A stretch of 64,000 nt of DNA from Psammoneis japonica. Taxonomy: Eukaryota. Shown here in pieces: positions 38,289 to 51,412 of this stretch. Every line of letters starts with the position of its first letter. Positions within the stretch are counted from its first letter, which is position 1. Both the position numbers and the translations under genes were made by a program. The stretch is from the NCBI GenBank assembly GCA_008632985.1, contig QPGO01000153.1, positions 62,001-126,000 of the forward strand, given 5' to 3'. The notes under the pieces are model-generated. The model was not told the DNA's origin. It made no database searches and was given only the letters and a program-made list of their open reading frames with translations.

Positions 38289-40780
38289 CTCAGCCGATGA
38301 AATGCTTTTCTCATTTAAAACAATGTTTGCAAAAATTGACAAACCAAGGATTGTGTGGAAATGCAATCACGCATTGGCACATGGCAACAAGGTGGAGCCA
38401 GATGCAGTGATGTGGACACAGTGAAAAACAGCATGCACAATTCTTGATGAGTTGTTGCAACATTGGTGTGGCAAACTTGCAACCAGAGGTTGGCCTTTCA
38501 TCACATGACAACAATGTTTTGCAATGTTTTGACAAATTGTCATCATGCAAATCTGCACATTTTTAACATTTTGTGCGCTCTGATGTGCATGTGGTGCGTG
38601 GGTGCGTCACCAGGCGACTGTCTGTAAAACGGACAAAACAGGATGTGCACGTCAATGATGCCATGCATGCGGCGTGCCGGCCAACCCTCACTTCCAGCAC
38701 ACCACAAGGTGCGGCAGAAGAGGGCCACAATTAGCCGGAGTGGGCATCCCCCAAAGATGACACCCCGCCAGAGCAGCTGAAAAGGAACAATTTGCCCACA
38801 GAGTTCATTGCATTCTTGTCGGTGACAGCCCCAAAAGGCACACCACAATTGCAAAGGACAATTTCATTTGGAAAGGTTTTTAAAAGGATCCACAAAATGC
38901 CCTGGAACCTTGAAAGTGCCGGTGACATGAGCTGGTTTTTGCAGAAAATGTTCACTGCACGTAGAAACCATGCCGGATTTTGCACAGAAAAGCCAACAGA
39001 TGCATCAAAAGGATGACAAGCAAATGGCGCAGAAGAAGAACTCACACTCATGCTCTCAAGGGCCACAACAGAGGCAGCCCATCTCCACTTGAAACAGCGA
39101 AGGTCTTGACTGAACAGTGCAAAGTCCAAAGATGTGACCATCAGATCATCAGTGGTGCCACGTAGAAACAACACCAGGTCTTGCACAGAAATGCCGGTGG
39201 GAGCAGCAAACAGACAACAATTGATTGACGCCAAAGGATGATTTGCACTCTTGCTTGAAAGGGCCACAACAGAAGCAGTGCTTTCACCCCAAAGAGTGAA
39301 GGGCTTGATTGAACAGCAGAGAAAGAAAGTGGTGTTGCAAACCAATTGGCAAGGACAAAAAGTTGTCCGGAGAAGTGACATGCAGAACATCAGGAGCATC
39401 TGCGAATCCACACAGAATCTGCACTGGAACCTGTGTAGAAAAATTTCTGAAACAACAGAAAATTGTGAGAAATGACAACCAGCACACGAGCCACAAGGCT
39501 GCGACACTCGTCTTTTTCCACTGATGAGGATTGCTCATCATGCTGCAACAAGGTTGTGCCATTGGCTGGCAAATGTGGGCAGAATGGGCTTGTTAGAGCC
39601 AACGCAACACCATCTGAGAATGGCGACATCAGTGGCTGTGAATGTGCAGAGCTGACGTCGAAAAGTGTTTGCGCTCTCCATCAGCGAGTCACTCAGTTTT
39701 TGAAAGTTTGGCAAAGGGAATTTGAACAAAAGACCCAAACACCCGTGGTCAGGATTTGCCACAGTGAAGCTGGCTGGGGTTCAAAATTGAGTGTTTTCAA
39801 CAGCGTTGCAGCACAGATTGTCTCTGACATGCAAAAGCAGCATGAACCACTCACGCCATGAAGTCAACAGTCAACAACAAGAAGGCAGCAATGTCTTGGC
39901 TGCCTCGGAAATGGATGTGAGACTCATTCCAGTGTCCAGTGTTGACGCTGTGAGCTCTGGGACAATCAGTTGCACAAACTCCTTCTTTTTCTTTTGTGTG
40001 GTGCTGCTGCATCAGACAATCGTGCATGTTGCTCATCATGGGTCGACTCAAATGTCAAACCTGCAGTCATCAAAATTCCCTTCAACAGCTTCAAACTGTT
40101 GATTCCCTTGTCCTGCATGACATTTCTTGAGGTGGAGCTTGCCATTTTTTGTTCACAATGGCAAAGCATGAATTGGTTCCTGCCACCTGTGTGAGACATT
40201 CAAGCCAATCCCAAGTTCAATGAGCTCAAAGAACTGGCAGACAAAATGAAAGACATTTCAGAGCAGCAAGCTTTTGACAACTCAACAGCACAATTGGTGG
40301 TGGCCTCAAAGACATTCAAGCCAATCCCAAGTTCAGTGAACTCAAAGAGAACTGGGGGGCAAAATGAAAGATGTTTTGAATTGATGGCGCAGCCTCCAAA
40401 GCCGCTGAACCTGCCACCAGTCGCCAAAGAAGAAGAGGCCCTGGCAGCAGCCAAAGTGGCTGAAAAGGAATTTGGCATGAGCTCCCCAATCCCCACCAGA
40501 GGCCATTGTGGCCTGGATGGAATGCAAAGAAGTGGCATGGACGGGTGTCTGGGAAACAGCATGGGTGCTCACGTTGATGATGAGTGTTTGGTGGAATCAG
40601 CACAAGCCGCCTGCGAGGCCTTGGAAGAACTGAATTGTGTCATTTTGAGTGGCAAGGAGTGGCAGAGAATGAACAGAAAGAAAAACAAAGACATCTCTCT
40701 GCCAAATGAATGCAGCATGAAAACACGAGCATTGCCAACAAGCTTTCGCAATGGTGGCAGGTCACCTTTTTGGCTGGTTG

Positions 40781-40831
40781 TTTAGCAAATTTTAGCCCAT
40801 TTTAGCAATTTTAGGCTAATTTAGGCTAATT
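40781..40831. repeat. Imperfect ~10-bp tandem array at the edge of the TA-depleted block
   Basis: tttagcaaat tttagcccat tttagcaatt ttaggctaat ttaggctaat. Confidence 0.7.
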
Positions 40832-41063
40832 GGCGGTCAGTTCGCAGGGTTTTCAAAAACTCTATGAATACAGCCGAGTCATGGGTCCTGCTGGGTCGTC
40901 CGGGTTACAGACCTCCCAAGCCGGGAGTGGTCCGGGCCGGTTGGCAGGCGGCGGCGAACGACCGGCGACCGGCGCAACAACAGCGAAATTATATTCATTG
41001 AACACCAGGAAGTGTCGTTGTTGCTCCTGTCGTTTCTACGTTTGAGATTGCGTTCTATTTGCA

Positions 41064-42020
41064 ATGTCTCCAAAGAAGATTACAGTAGTAGATGCGAGTG
41101 GTGACGAGAGTAAGAGAAAGCTAAGCAATGAACAGGGCTACGAGAGTCTGCTTCAAAAGTTTGGCGTGGAGTCGTTGATTGACAACGAGGATTATGTGAT
41201 CGAGGACTTTGAGTCACTTGTGGATGGCGGAAAGTACACACTTGGTCCGCAACAGAAGCAGCGGAGTGTGCTGCCAGATGTTGAACGATTGCTTCCGCTG
41301 ATGACTGCGTTGCCTGATTTATTTCGAGAGGTGGGAATATCACGTAAGAGTCGTCTAAACTGTTGGGAGAGAGAATCAATGCGAACAAGCAGCAGCAAGC
41401 GCAGTAAACGTTTTCGGAAAAAGGTCATTGAATATTACAAACGTGCAAGCAACTCAGGGAAGAAAGTCAAGTGCCAGATCTTGGATGATTACATTTTCAA
41501 TAGCGAGGCAGAAGACGAAGCCACAGGTATTATTGCGGCTCACATTTGGAAGGCATCAACACGAGGACATGGGCTAGAAGAGTTTGGACTAAGACCTGAA
41601 GAAGTAAACAGTCCGCGAAATGGACTTTTTCTTACGAAAGGACTAGAAGATGCACTTGATCATCAGCAAATCTGTTTTCTTTACAACGTGCTCGAGAACA
41701 AAATTGTTCTGTGGGTTGCGGATACTTCGCTTATGAATAAGACAATTGCTGGATCTGGCAAGACGACAACTGATGGATCTGACATGAAGTTTTCTGATGT
41801 TCATCGAAAACCCTTGCTCTGCCCTCCTAACTGCTTGCCGTTCCGTCGTCTGCTTTCGTGGCACGCAAGGTTAACACTGGAACTGCGGCCTAAAACAGTA
41901 GACGCTCGACGCTTCACATCTGCGTATGACAACTCGCCAGGAAGAGAACATTCTGTCATCGACCCGATCACTCGGGCAATCAGTGAGATGGTGGAGCCCG
42001 GTGACGATGCATCGACCTGA
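41064..42020 (+). CDS. HNH endonuclease (HNH_2-type) protein with a short N-terminal header, Crinkler-like architecture
   Basis: Intact 318-aa ORF: KCQIL..IIAAHIWKAS..VNSPRNGLFLTKGLEDALD..PFRRLLSWHA; normal Tyr and TA content. Confidence 0.75.
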   Translation: MSPKKITVVDASGDESKRKLSNEQGYESLLQKFGVESLIDNEDYVIEDFESLVDGGKYTLGPQQKQRSVLPDVERLLPLMTALPDLFREVGISRKSRLNCWERESMRTSSSKRSKRFRKKVIEYYKRASNSGKKVKCQILDDYIFNSEAEDEATGIIAAHIWKASTRGHGLEEFGLRPEEVNSPRNGLFLTKGLEDALDHQQICFLYNVLENKIVLWVADTSLMNKTIAGSGKTTTDGSDMKFSDVHRKPLLCPPNCLPFRRLLSWHARLTLELRPKTVDARRFTSAYDNSPGREHSVIDPITRAISEMVEPGDDAST

Positions 42021-42336
42021 ATTGGTCTTTCAATAGATATGAGTGCGGCATTGATGAGGTCCCGATATATGGACGACCGGTCGAAAATTGTTAAGGACTG
42101 AAAGGTCGAAGCCAGCAATACCGGCACCACCATGGCGTCCGATCCTACCGCCACCGTCAACGACGGCTTCCTTTCTGTTGACGGGGGCTCCTTCCCTGCC
42201 GAATTTGATTTGCGAATTTCATCATTTGGAGGCAGAACGCTCTACTCGCAAGCTCGAGGTTCCCATGCAATGCTATAAAAAATTATAAACGATAAAGACA
42301 AATATTTCGCTTTCTTTCCATCTTTTTCAGAGTGCC

Positions 42337-42574
42337 GAGAACATTCTGTCATCGACCCGATCACTCGGGCAATCAGTGCGATGGTGGAGCCCGGGGACGA
42401 TGCATCGATCTGAATTGGTCTTTCAATAGATGTGAGTACGGCATTGATGAGGTCCCGCTTTATGGACGACCGGTCGAAAATTGTGAAGGACTGAAAGGTC
42501 GAAGCCATCAATGCCGGCACCACCATGGCGTCCGATCCTACCGCCACCGCCAAAGACAGCGTCCTTTCTGTTGA
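42337..42574 (+). repeat. Local duplicate of 41944-42182 (HNH gene 3' end and UTR)
   Basis: gagaacattctgtcatcgacccgatcac...tttctgttgac occurs twice. Confidence 0.9.
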
Positions 42575-44560
42575 CTTGCTCTGAGAGAGGAAGGGGGGCA
42601 GCTGCTGTGCACTGCAAAATGAGAAAAAGACCAAAGAGAGATGGGAAACATGCAACAGCTGACAATGGCACTTCTTTGTGCTTAGCATGCCTTCGCATTT
42701 TCTGAGTCCACTGTCCACATTGCTTGCATTGGACTGATGACATTTGTGCCAAGATCTGTCCTCTCCATGCACGCTGCATCGCATGGTGGTTTCAAGCTGT
42801 GTTTGACTGGCAGGGCAAGTGTGATGACTCTAAAAGTCACCCCGTTGAGCATGCAACAAATTTGTCCTTGATGAAGAGCTTTCAGCATGAGCTCTTCTCC
42901 ACACAAGGGGAGATGGGCAACCCCAACCCTCCGCAGGGTCCTGTCCTGAGCACAGGGTCTCTTGGTCTAAAGGAGTGTGCGGTGCTGCCTTGGGTGTGTT
43001 TTGGGATGCCGCCTGCTGACCATTGCACAAGAGGAACAAAAGCAAGGCCAAAACTGCAGGAAATGCCAGACCCTGCTCTCCAGCACTGGAGTGCAGTTCC
43101 CAAAAGGCACAGTGTTGTGCTTCCTACCCTGACATCACTTCAGTGACTCCCCAGGTCAGCCAAAGCAAGTCAAGCACACAATTCCCCCCTTGATGAGACT
43201 CCTGGGCAGTGATGCCCCAAAAGAACTGGAAGCAAGGAAGGCCTCCAAAACCTTCGCACAACACAAGCCAGTGAGTGACTCAAGTCACACAGCCTGTGCA
43301 CAGCAGCACAAAAAAGAGGGAAGCAAAAGAGCAATGTCCATGCAGTGCTGCCACATCTTGTGAGCAGGTCCAGCCACTCCCAACTTTTCTTTCTTCTTCC
43401 GTTGGTTGACTGCATCAATGTCATCTGCCACGACCTTGTGGGCAACAGCCCAAGAGTCATGCCCTCACCAAAAGGAATGACTCACATCACACATGTCTTG
43501 AATGTCCACAAGCAAAGTGATGTCAGCCACAACAGGGCAGGGCAATCATCACAAATGTTCCCCAGGAGGTCCTGCAGCAGAGCATGTTGAGATCCAGGGT
43601 TGTCAAAACCTTCCCGTCCAGGCTCAACACAGTGGGGCCTCTGGCACAACCATGCTCAGCTTGAATTGCAGCCACTGTTTCCACCCAACACCATGTGTTT
43701 GTTCCCAAACTTGTGGTGTTGACACTCGGGAGGAGGTGCTGCCACTCCCCTTGTTCTCCCTTGACCCATCCTGGCAGAGGCACAACAATGCACAAAGGAT
43801 GCTTGGGGAGATGGTGCGCCAATGCCGACAAGCCTGTCAACAGGCCTTCCGGCCCTCCAACAGCACACAGCTTGCCACAAAATGCAACTCCACTGCAAGG
43901 CACACAAACTGGCCCACCTCCATTGGGAAGCAATGTGCTTTTTCATCCAATCAGGGGAGGAGGAGATGCTGCATCACTTCTTCCACCTTTGCCACCTGGT
44001 CCAGGTGCCAGTCTTGGCCCATCCTCTTCTTGCACCCTGTCACAAAATGCTGAAACCACAACAATGCACAAGGGTCTTTGCATGTTTGCAGGTGCTGTTT
44101 TCCTTCAAGGTCCCCTGATGCAAGGGCTCTGGCATTTGCCTGAGCCGCGGCTTGTGCTTGATTTGAACAAGCTGTGCGCAACTTCCGGATGGTGTCAAAC
44201 TGGGTGTGGGCAGGTTGGCTGGTCAATGCACCAAAAACACCCAAAAATGACATTGTGAGGAGGATTGTCTCCTGTCACCATCACAACCACCAGCACATTG
44301 GGCCATTTTCTCTGGGATCACTTGCAGCAAAATGCGCACAGTGTGGGGTGGTGCAAACATGAGCGCACAAAAAACAATTTAATCTGTGAGCTGTTTGGCG
44401 TGCAGAACTGACCATGGGGTCACCAGCACTGGCCACCACCACCACAAATCACCATGTCATCAACAAGAAGGAAGAACTTTGTGTTGCTGCCGCCAAACAC
44501 ACAGTGAGAGCCAAATCTTCTAACACTGCAGCATGTGGCAAGAAACCAGGAACATTTTCA
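42575..44560. repeat. TpA/CpG-depleted degenerate element, family not recognised
   Basis: Sharp loss of TA and CG relative to both flanks. Confidence 0.6.
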
Positions 44561-44981
44561 TTTTTAAGACATTTTATTCAAACAAATCTTTTGAAAATTT
44601 TTAATAGAAAACATACCACGTTCTACATACAAGGCTTTCAGTACAGAGGTCACGGTAATTCGTGGCAACGCTCTTCCCGCGCAAAAATTAGTCGGTGCTC
44701 CTCAACATATCTTTATATTTGTCAATAAAATATAACATTAATCATATCAAATAAATAACGATGACGCAATATCGAAGACTAACCTAAGTATTATCTCTCA
44801 TGCATAATTGTCTGCATGCCCCAAAAATGAAACGGCACTAAGTAACACCCCACGTGCTTCGTGGTACTGAAAGAGCAGCCCAACGCACAAAAAAACAACG
44901 GGTCGCCACCCACGACAGCAATAACAACAAAGCAAAAAGGGGGGTGCTCTGTGTTGTGTTGTGTGCCTTTTTTCCACAATC

Positions 44982-47246
44982 ATGGAATCGTCTACAACCG
45001 ACACATCGTTTCCGTTGCGTTCCATCAATACCTTTGATAACACATCGTATCAAGCGGAACGCCGCTTGGCACGCAAAAAGCAAATGGAACAAATGGAGCA
45101 GGCGTTTGCCCGTGCGGGGACGCTTCGGGAAGAAGACTTTTCGTCGTCGGGCAGTGACATGCAATCCCTCACTTCGACACACACGGCTCCGGCTGCCTTT
45201 GGGGGGCGGTCGTCGTCTTCGGTCAAGCGTGCACGAGACATGGTGACGGATTTGTATTCGCCGTCGAAATCGAATCTGGCACCGCGTTCTCATGAAGAGG
45301 AAGAGTTGCAAACGCTGCGGCGTGAGAATTTTTTAATCATGGAAGATGTCGAGTTGCAGCAGCAACAGCCCTATGGTATTACCAAGGAAAACAGTCACCG
45401 TCGCTGTTGTTATTATTATTCACCCAGAGCATTGTATCACCGATGCTTTGGCAGCAACTCGAGAAAATTCTTGCTCTGTGTGGTGCTCTTTGTGATTTTG
45501 CCACTTCTGATTGCCGTGATTGTCGTGAGCACGAAAAAGAACAATGGCTCAAGTGGTAGTAGCAGTACTGCCGAGACGCGCTTGGAGCTCATTCCCGCCA
45601 TGGCGGTGTCTCCGTTGGACCAAGACCGTCACGATTCGATTCGTGCCAATGTGTTGGCACTGGACATTTCGACGCCAGAAGCGCTCGATACCACGGGCAC
45701 ACCGGCCAATCTTGCCTTGCGTTGGTTGACGGATTATGACAAGGCCAAGCTCGCGGTCGATCACTTGGCACTCAGTCAGCGTTTTGCTCTGGCGACGCTC
45801 TTCTTTTCGACCCACACCAAGACGAACGATGGCGATACCATTGTCATTGTGGAAAAGGCAGACGAAACATGGAGCAATATGGAACATTGGATGACGGAAA
45901 AGGGCATTTGTGTGTGGCACGGTGTGTCGTGTCCACCCATTATTGTGGGTGGACGAGAGGTAACGACCTACAACGACAATTCGGGCGTGCAAGAGTTGAA
46001 TTTGAACAATAACAATGTCCGCGGCAACATTCCCATGGAGGTTCGGGCTATGGAGAATTTGAAATTGTTGGATTTGGGGGGAAACAGTTTGCATGGTAGC
46101 ATTCCGACGCATGTGGGACATTTGCGGGCCTTGAGTGAGTTGAGACAAAGGGAGAGTTGGACTGGATACACTTTTGAGACTGTTTTGCTCACTGTTTTGA
46201 TCCTTTTTCCATCGTTCAGCCAACTTGTACTTTATGCAAAACAAACTCACGGGTTTTGTGCCTTCGGAATTGGGTGTCTTGACCGATTTGGAAAATTTTC
46301 ACGTTGGAAACAACCTCTTGGAAGGCCAGGTTCCGACGGAGATTTCCTTGCTCAAGAAGCTGGAGTCGTTTGGATTGGATCAGAATTATCTTTCGGGGGC
46401 ACTTCCGGATGTGTCCAAGTTTGATAAATTGAGTAAGTATTCAAAGCGAGTGCTGTTAACGGAAAGCTTCAGTTTACGTGATACTTATGCATGCTATTTT
46501 GTCACACTTTTACAGCGGCTCTCTATTTGGACAATAATGCCTTTAGCGGTTCCATTCCGTTTGAATGGTCCAGTCTTGTGTCTCTCAAGGATTTGCGCTT
46601 GAACCGAAACTACTTGACGGGAGAGTTGCCATCGACTCTGTTCAAGATGCCCCGTTTGGAACTCATGTATTTGGGAAACAATATCTTTACGGGTACTGTC
46701 CCAGATTTGTTTTCTGGAACACCCCGCTTGCTGGAGGTCCAGCTGTACAAGAATGAGTTTACGGGCTCCGTGCCGGCTTCGTTGGGATCGTTGAGTCTGT
46801 TGCGTCTCTTGTATTTGGACACAAACGACTTTTCGGGAGAGCTCCCGGATACCCTGGGTAACTTGGATGACTTGACGGCGCTTTATGCCTATGACAATTA
46901 CTTGGAGGGCCAGTTGCCCACGACGCTGGCCAAAATGAAGAATCTCAAGGACCTGCGGGTCGACCAAAACTCGTTGACTGGAACGATTCATACAGAAATG
47001 AGTCAGTTGATCAATTTGGAGTATCTTCATTTACATAGTAACGAGCTGACGGGTTCCGTGCCTGGCGAACTCCAGGAACTGGATCGCCTCAAGTCGTTCC
47101 GTTTTTATTGGAACCAATTTACCGGCACGGTGCCGGATCAAGTCTGTGCTCTCAAGTCAAAGCATCAACTCGCGTTTATCGCTGCTGATTGTGATGAAAC
47201 GGAAGGTAATATTGAATGCGAGTGCTGCAATGAGTGCTTTCCGTAA
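44982..47246 (+). CDS. LRR receptor-like membrane protein 4 (long cytoplasmic N-terminus)
   Basis: Exons 44982-46134, 46220-46432, 46516-47246; TM FLLCVVLFVILPLLIAVIVV; ends CECCNECFP*. Confidence 0.92.
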
Positions 47247-47475
47247 AGTTGAATGGTTGAGATGCATTGTTGGTAGTTGGAAAAGTAGACGAAGTTAAAG
47301 TTATGAACTTATATATTACCGCAAAGTCTTTGTCCCTTTGCAATCTATCGCATGTTTTTCTTCTTGTGGCTGCAAATCTTGAAGTTTCCGCACTGTCTTT
47401 TTCAGTCTTATTGACACCACACCGTGTTATAATTCCCACGCCTCATCTTGGATGGACTGCCCCAATCGAGAGAAA

Positions 47476-49300
47476 CCATGTCATCAGCAGACAATGAAGG
47501 CACTAGAAACACCATCTGTCACCCCTAAATGGTTTTCCAGAGTTTGCACTATCATTGCAAACATCCGAGCTTTACGCGGCACAAACTGCAAAGGGAATTG
47601 CACATGAGCCAGCAAACATGCTTCATGGACCACAGCCAAAAGACATTGACAAACACAATGGCCAAGTTGGCTCTGATTCAGAGTGCATTCAACTGAGGGT
47701 GCAAGAGGCAGAAAAAGTGGCCAGACCCAGCATCGGGATGTGCTGGCAATGGCAGTGGCTGTTTTGCAGCATCCAAAACACTTGCTTGCATCAACAAAAA
47801 TGATCAAGGCAACGCAACGGGGAAGGTGTTCAAAAGCAAAGCACAACCCACACCACAGCAAAGAAGCTTTCAATGGAAACAACTGCTTTCAGCAGATGGA
47901 AACTTGCTTGCTTGCATTTGATCATCTGAGAACAGCTGCAGCCAAGGCCAGCAGCACACCAATGAACATGGGGGGCACCACAGGTCATGAACAAGCCCGG
48001 AGTGCTCTCACCAACATGTTGGCCATTGCGTCTTGGCAGCGACAGCTCTGATGTCACAAGCACCTTGGCTTTGATGGAGGGTGCACACATCACCCAAGTT
48101 GTCCTTCCAACAAATGTTCCAGTGGTTGCTCTGGACATCAACGGAGAGACCACAAGTGTGAGATGTTTTGCCATGTGGTGCCTGTTTTGACAGTTTGGGG
48201 GATGTCTCTAGCCAGCTGTGCTTGCTGAAAAAAGTCTGCCTGTCAGTGCATTTGGGGGTTTTGCCAGTGCATTTTTATGTGCATGGACCAGGCCTGCAGG
48301 GAGCGTTGACCACTTGTCTTTGTTGATGTTGTGTGGTGCCTGCACAGTGTTGCTGTTGCACGCATGTGCGGGCAGTGGCGCGCCTGGCGTGCGCAGAAGC
48401 ACCAAGCACATGGAGCCCCACCGCTGGGGCTGCACTGCAGCGCATGGCACAGCAGCAGGGTGGCGGGGCCACCGGCGCCACAGATGACCATTGTGCTTGA
48501 TGGATTGTGCCATTTTGGAGGCTGCAGTGAGGTGCACAGACACTCTTTTTTTCAATTTGCCGCCAAAATGGCGCATCACACAAACTCACTTGTCGCTCGA
48601 TGTGTTTTTTCCAGTGTGGCTGTTTCATGTGCAGTTCATGACAAATTGCATTTGTTCAAAGCTGAGCATGTTTTTCAACTTGCCACACTGGCAACCCCAA
48701 TTTTGCAGCAGTTTTGAGCTCTTTCAAAAACAGCTCCATGCACACGTCGCAGGGAATTTGTCCATTTTTTGGGAAGTTCCCATGAGCTGTGGCGTCCTCA
48801 ATGGTCATTCTGCAAATCTGAGCAACACCTTTGCACCAGACAGCCCATGTCATTTCAAAATCCAAAGGACACACTTTCAAATGGTGACAGACACCCCACA
48901 CCCTGGCTGCCCGACCGACCGACCGACCCACACGAAAAAGTTTGCAGCTGCCAGCCGCTGAGTGGTCAATGAAGATGTCGACTCCATCCTGCATTCACCA
49001 AAACCCCCAAATGCACAGATTGGCAGACTCTTCCAGTGCAAATTCCACACAAGATTCTTCAGCCAGCAGCTGGCTGGAGACTTCCCCCAAGTTGAAGGAG
49101 CCTTCTTGGACAAACCAAAAACACGGGACGAAGAAGTGTGTGTGTGCTTGACTGCAGCTCTGCCATTGCTGAGCCAGAAGTTGAGTGCATCCTCATCAGG
49201 GCCAGGGCATTGGCACAGGGTGTTGAAAGCATCATCACCAGGTCAGGCGCAGAATCACCAACAAGAAAAAGACCAAGTAACTCCAGCTTGTCTGCCAGCT
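47476..49300. repeat. TpA-depleted degenerate insert between LRR genes 4 and 5 (duplicated at ~51643-53465)
   Basis: Begins where similarity to the gene 6 3' flank (~63440) ends; nearly no TA. Confidence 0.7.
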
Positions 49301-49567
49301 CTTGCAACTTTTGTGACAGGTTATGTTGCTTCGATTTTGACTGATGTTCGTTTTGAAGGCCGGTTGTCAAGATTCAAGTTGTCGAACAAAATAGAGCAAA
49401 CGAAGCAAAAAATCCAAAATCGACACCTTTCGCTCATGGAACAACAACAAACGAACTACAATTATTCTGTCTTGAAACAAAAGCGACACTCACGACACTC
49501 TCTCCGTTCTCCATGTCACTGAATTTCGCTCGCATGTGCATTTCATGTTATATGACCAAACAACAAC

Positions 49568-51412
49568 ATGACGAATTTGAGCACACTTAGCACCATTTTA
49601 CTGGCGTTGGGAAGTGTGTTTTTGTTGACGGGAATCATCACCACGGCGGTTTCCGTGGCCAATCAAAACAACAGCAATAATGATGAGGATAAGAAGAAGG
49701 ATGTGTCTAAACCATCAGGTGGAACAAATAATGGCGAGACACGCTTGGAGCTCATTCCCGCCATGGCGGTGTCTCCGTTGGACCAAGACCGTCACGATTC
49801 GATTCGTGCCAATGTGGTGGCACTGGACATTTCGACGCCAGAAGCGCTCGATACCACGGGCACACCGGCCAATCTTGCCTTGCGTTGGTTGACGGATTAC
49901 GACAAGGCCAAGCTCGCGGTCGATCACTTGGCACTCAGTCAGCGTTTTGCTCTGGCGACTCTCTTCTTTTCGACCCACACCAAGGTGAATAATGGCGATA
50001 CTAGCATTGTCATTGTGCAAAAGGCAGACGAAACGTGGAGCAATATGGAACATTGGATGACGGAAAAGGGCATTTGTGTGTGGCACGGTGTGTCGTGTCC
50101 ACCCATTATTGTGGGTGGACGAGAGGTAACGACCTACAACGACAATTCGGGCGTGCAAGAGTTGAATTTGAACAATAACAATGTCCGCGGCAACATTCCC
50201 ATGGAGGTTCGGGCTATGGAGAATTTGAAATTGTTGGATTTGGGGGGAAACAGTTTGCATGGTAGCATTCCGACGCATGTGGGACATTTGCGGGCCTTGA
50301 GTGAGTTGAGACAAAGGGCGAGTTGGACTGGATACACTTTTGAGACTGTTTTGCTCACTGTTTTTATTCTTTTTCCATCGTTCAGCCAACTTATATTTTA
50401 TGCAAAACAAACTCACGGGCTTTGTACCCTCGGAATTGGGTATCTTGACCGATTTGGAAAATTTTCACGTTGGAAACAACCTCTTGGAAGGCCAGGTTCC
50501 GACGGAGATTTCCTTGCTCAAGAAGCTGGAGTCGTTTGGATTGGATCAGAATTATCTTTCGGGGGCACTTCCGGATGTGTCCAAGTTTGATAAATTGAGT
50601 AAGTATTCAAAGCGAGTGCTGCTATCGGAAAGCTTCATTTTACATGATACTTATGCATGCGCTTTTGTCACACTTTTACAGCGGCTCTCTATTTGGATAA
50701 TAATGCCTTTAGCGGTTCCATTCCGTTTGAATGGTCCAGTCTTGTGTCTCTCAAGGATTTGCGCTTGAACCGAAACTACTTGACGGGAGAGTTGCCATCG
50801 ACTCTGTTCAAGATGCCCCGTTTGGAACTCATGTATTTGGGAAACAATATCTTTACGGGAACTGTCCCAGATTTGTTTTCTGGAACACCCCGCTTGCTGG
50901 AGGTCCAGCTGTACAAGAATGAGTTTACGGGCTCCGTGCCGGCTTCGTTGGGATCGTTGAGCCTGTTGCGTCTCTTGTATTTGGACACAAACGACTTTTC
51001 GGGAGAGCTCCCGGATACCCTGGGTAACTTGGATGACTTGACGGCGCTTTATGCCTATGACAATTACTTGGAGGGCCAGTTGCCCACGACGCTGGCCAAA
51101 ATGAAGAATCTCAAGGACCTGCGGGTCGACCAAAACTCGTTGACTGGAACGATTCATACAGAAATGAGTCAGTTGATCAATTTGGAGTATCTTCATTTAC
51201 ATAGTAACGAGCTGACGGGTTCCGTGCCTGGCGAACTCCAGGAACTGGATCGCCTCAAGTCGTTCCGTTTTTATTGGAACCAATTTACCGGCACGGTGCC
51301 GGATCAAGTCTGTGCTCTCAAGTCAAAGCATCAACTCGCGTTTATCGCTGCTGATTGTGATGAAACGGAAGGTAATATTGAATGCGAGTGCTGCAATGAG
51401 TGCTTTCCGTAA
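49568..51412 (+). CDS. LRR receptor-like protein 5 (short N-terminal signal/anchor)
   Basis: Exons 49568-50300, 50386-50598, 50682-51412; starts MTNLSTLSTILLALGSVFLLTGIITTAVSVA. Confidence 0.9.

Larger units (their letters stand above)
25260..40790. repeat. ~15.5-kb TpA-depleted block of degenerate transposon-derived DNA
   Basis: Near-absence of TA throughout; CG also nearly absent at 25.3-30.3 kb; contains a Plavaka-like transposase. Confidence 0.8.

Noticed and set aside
40781..40831. Interstitial telomere or CRISPR-like array
   Set aside because: Only five imperfect 10-bp units, no spacers, no true hexamer periodicity.
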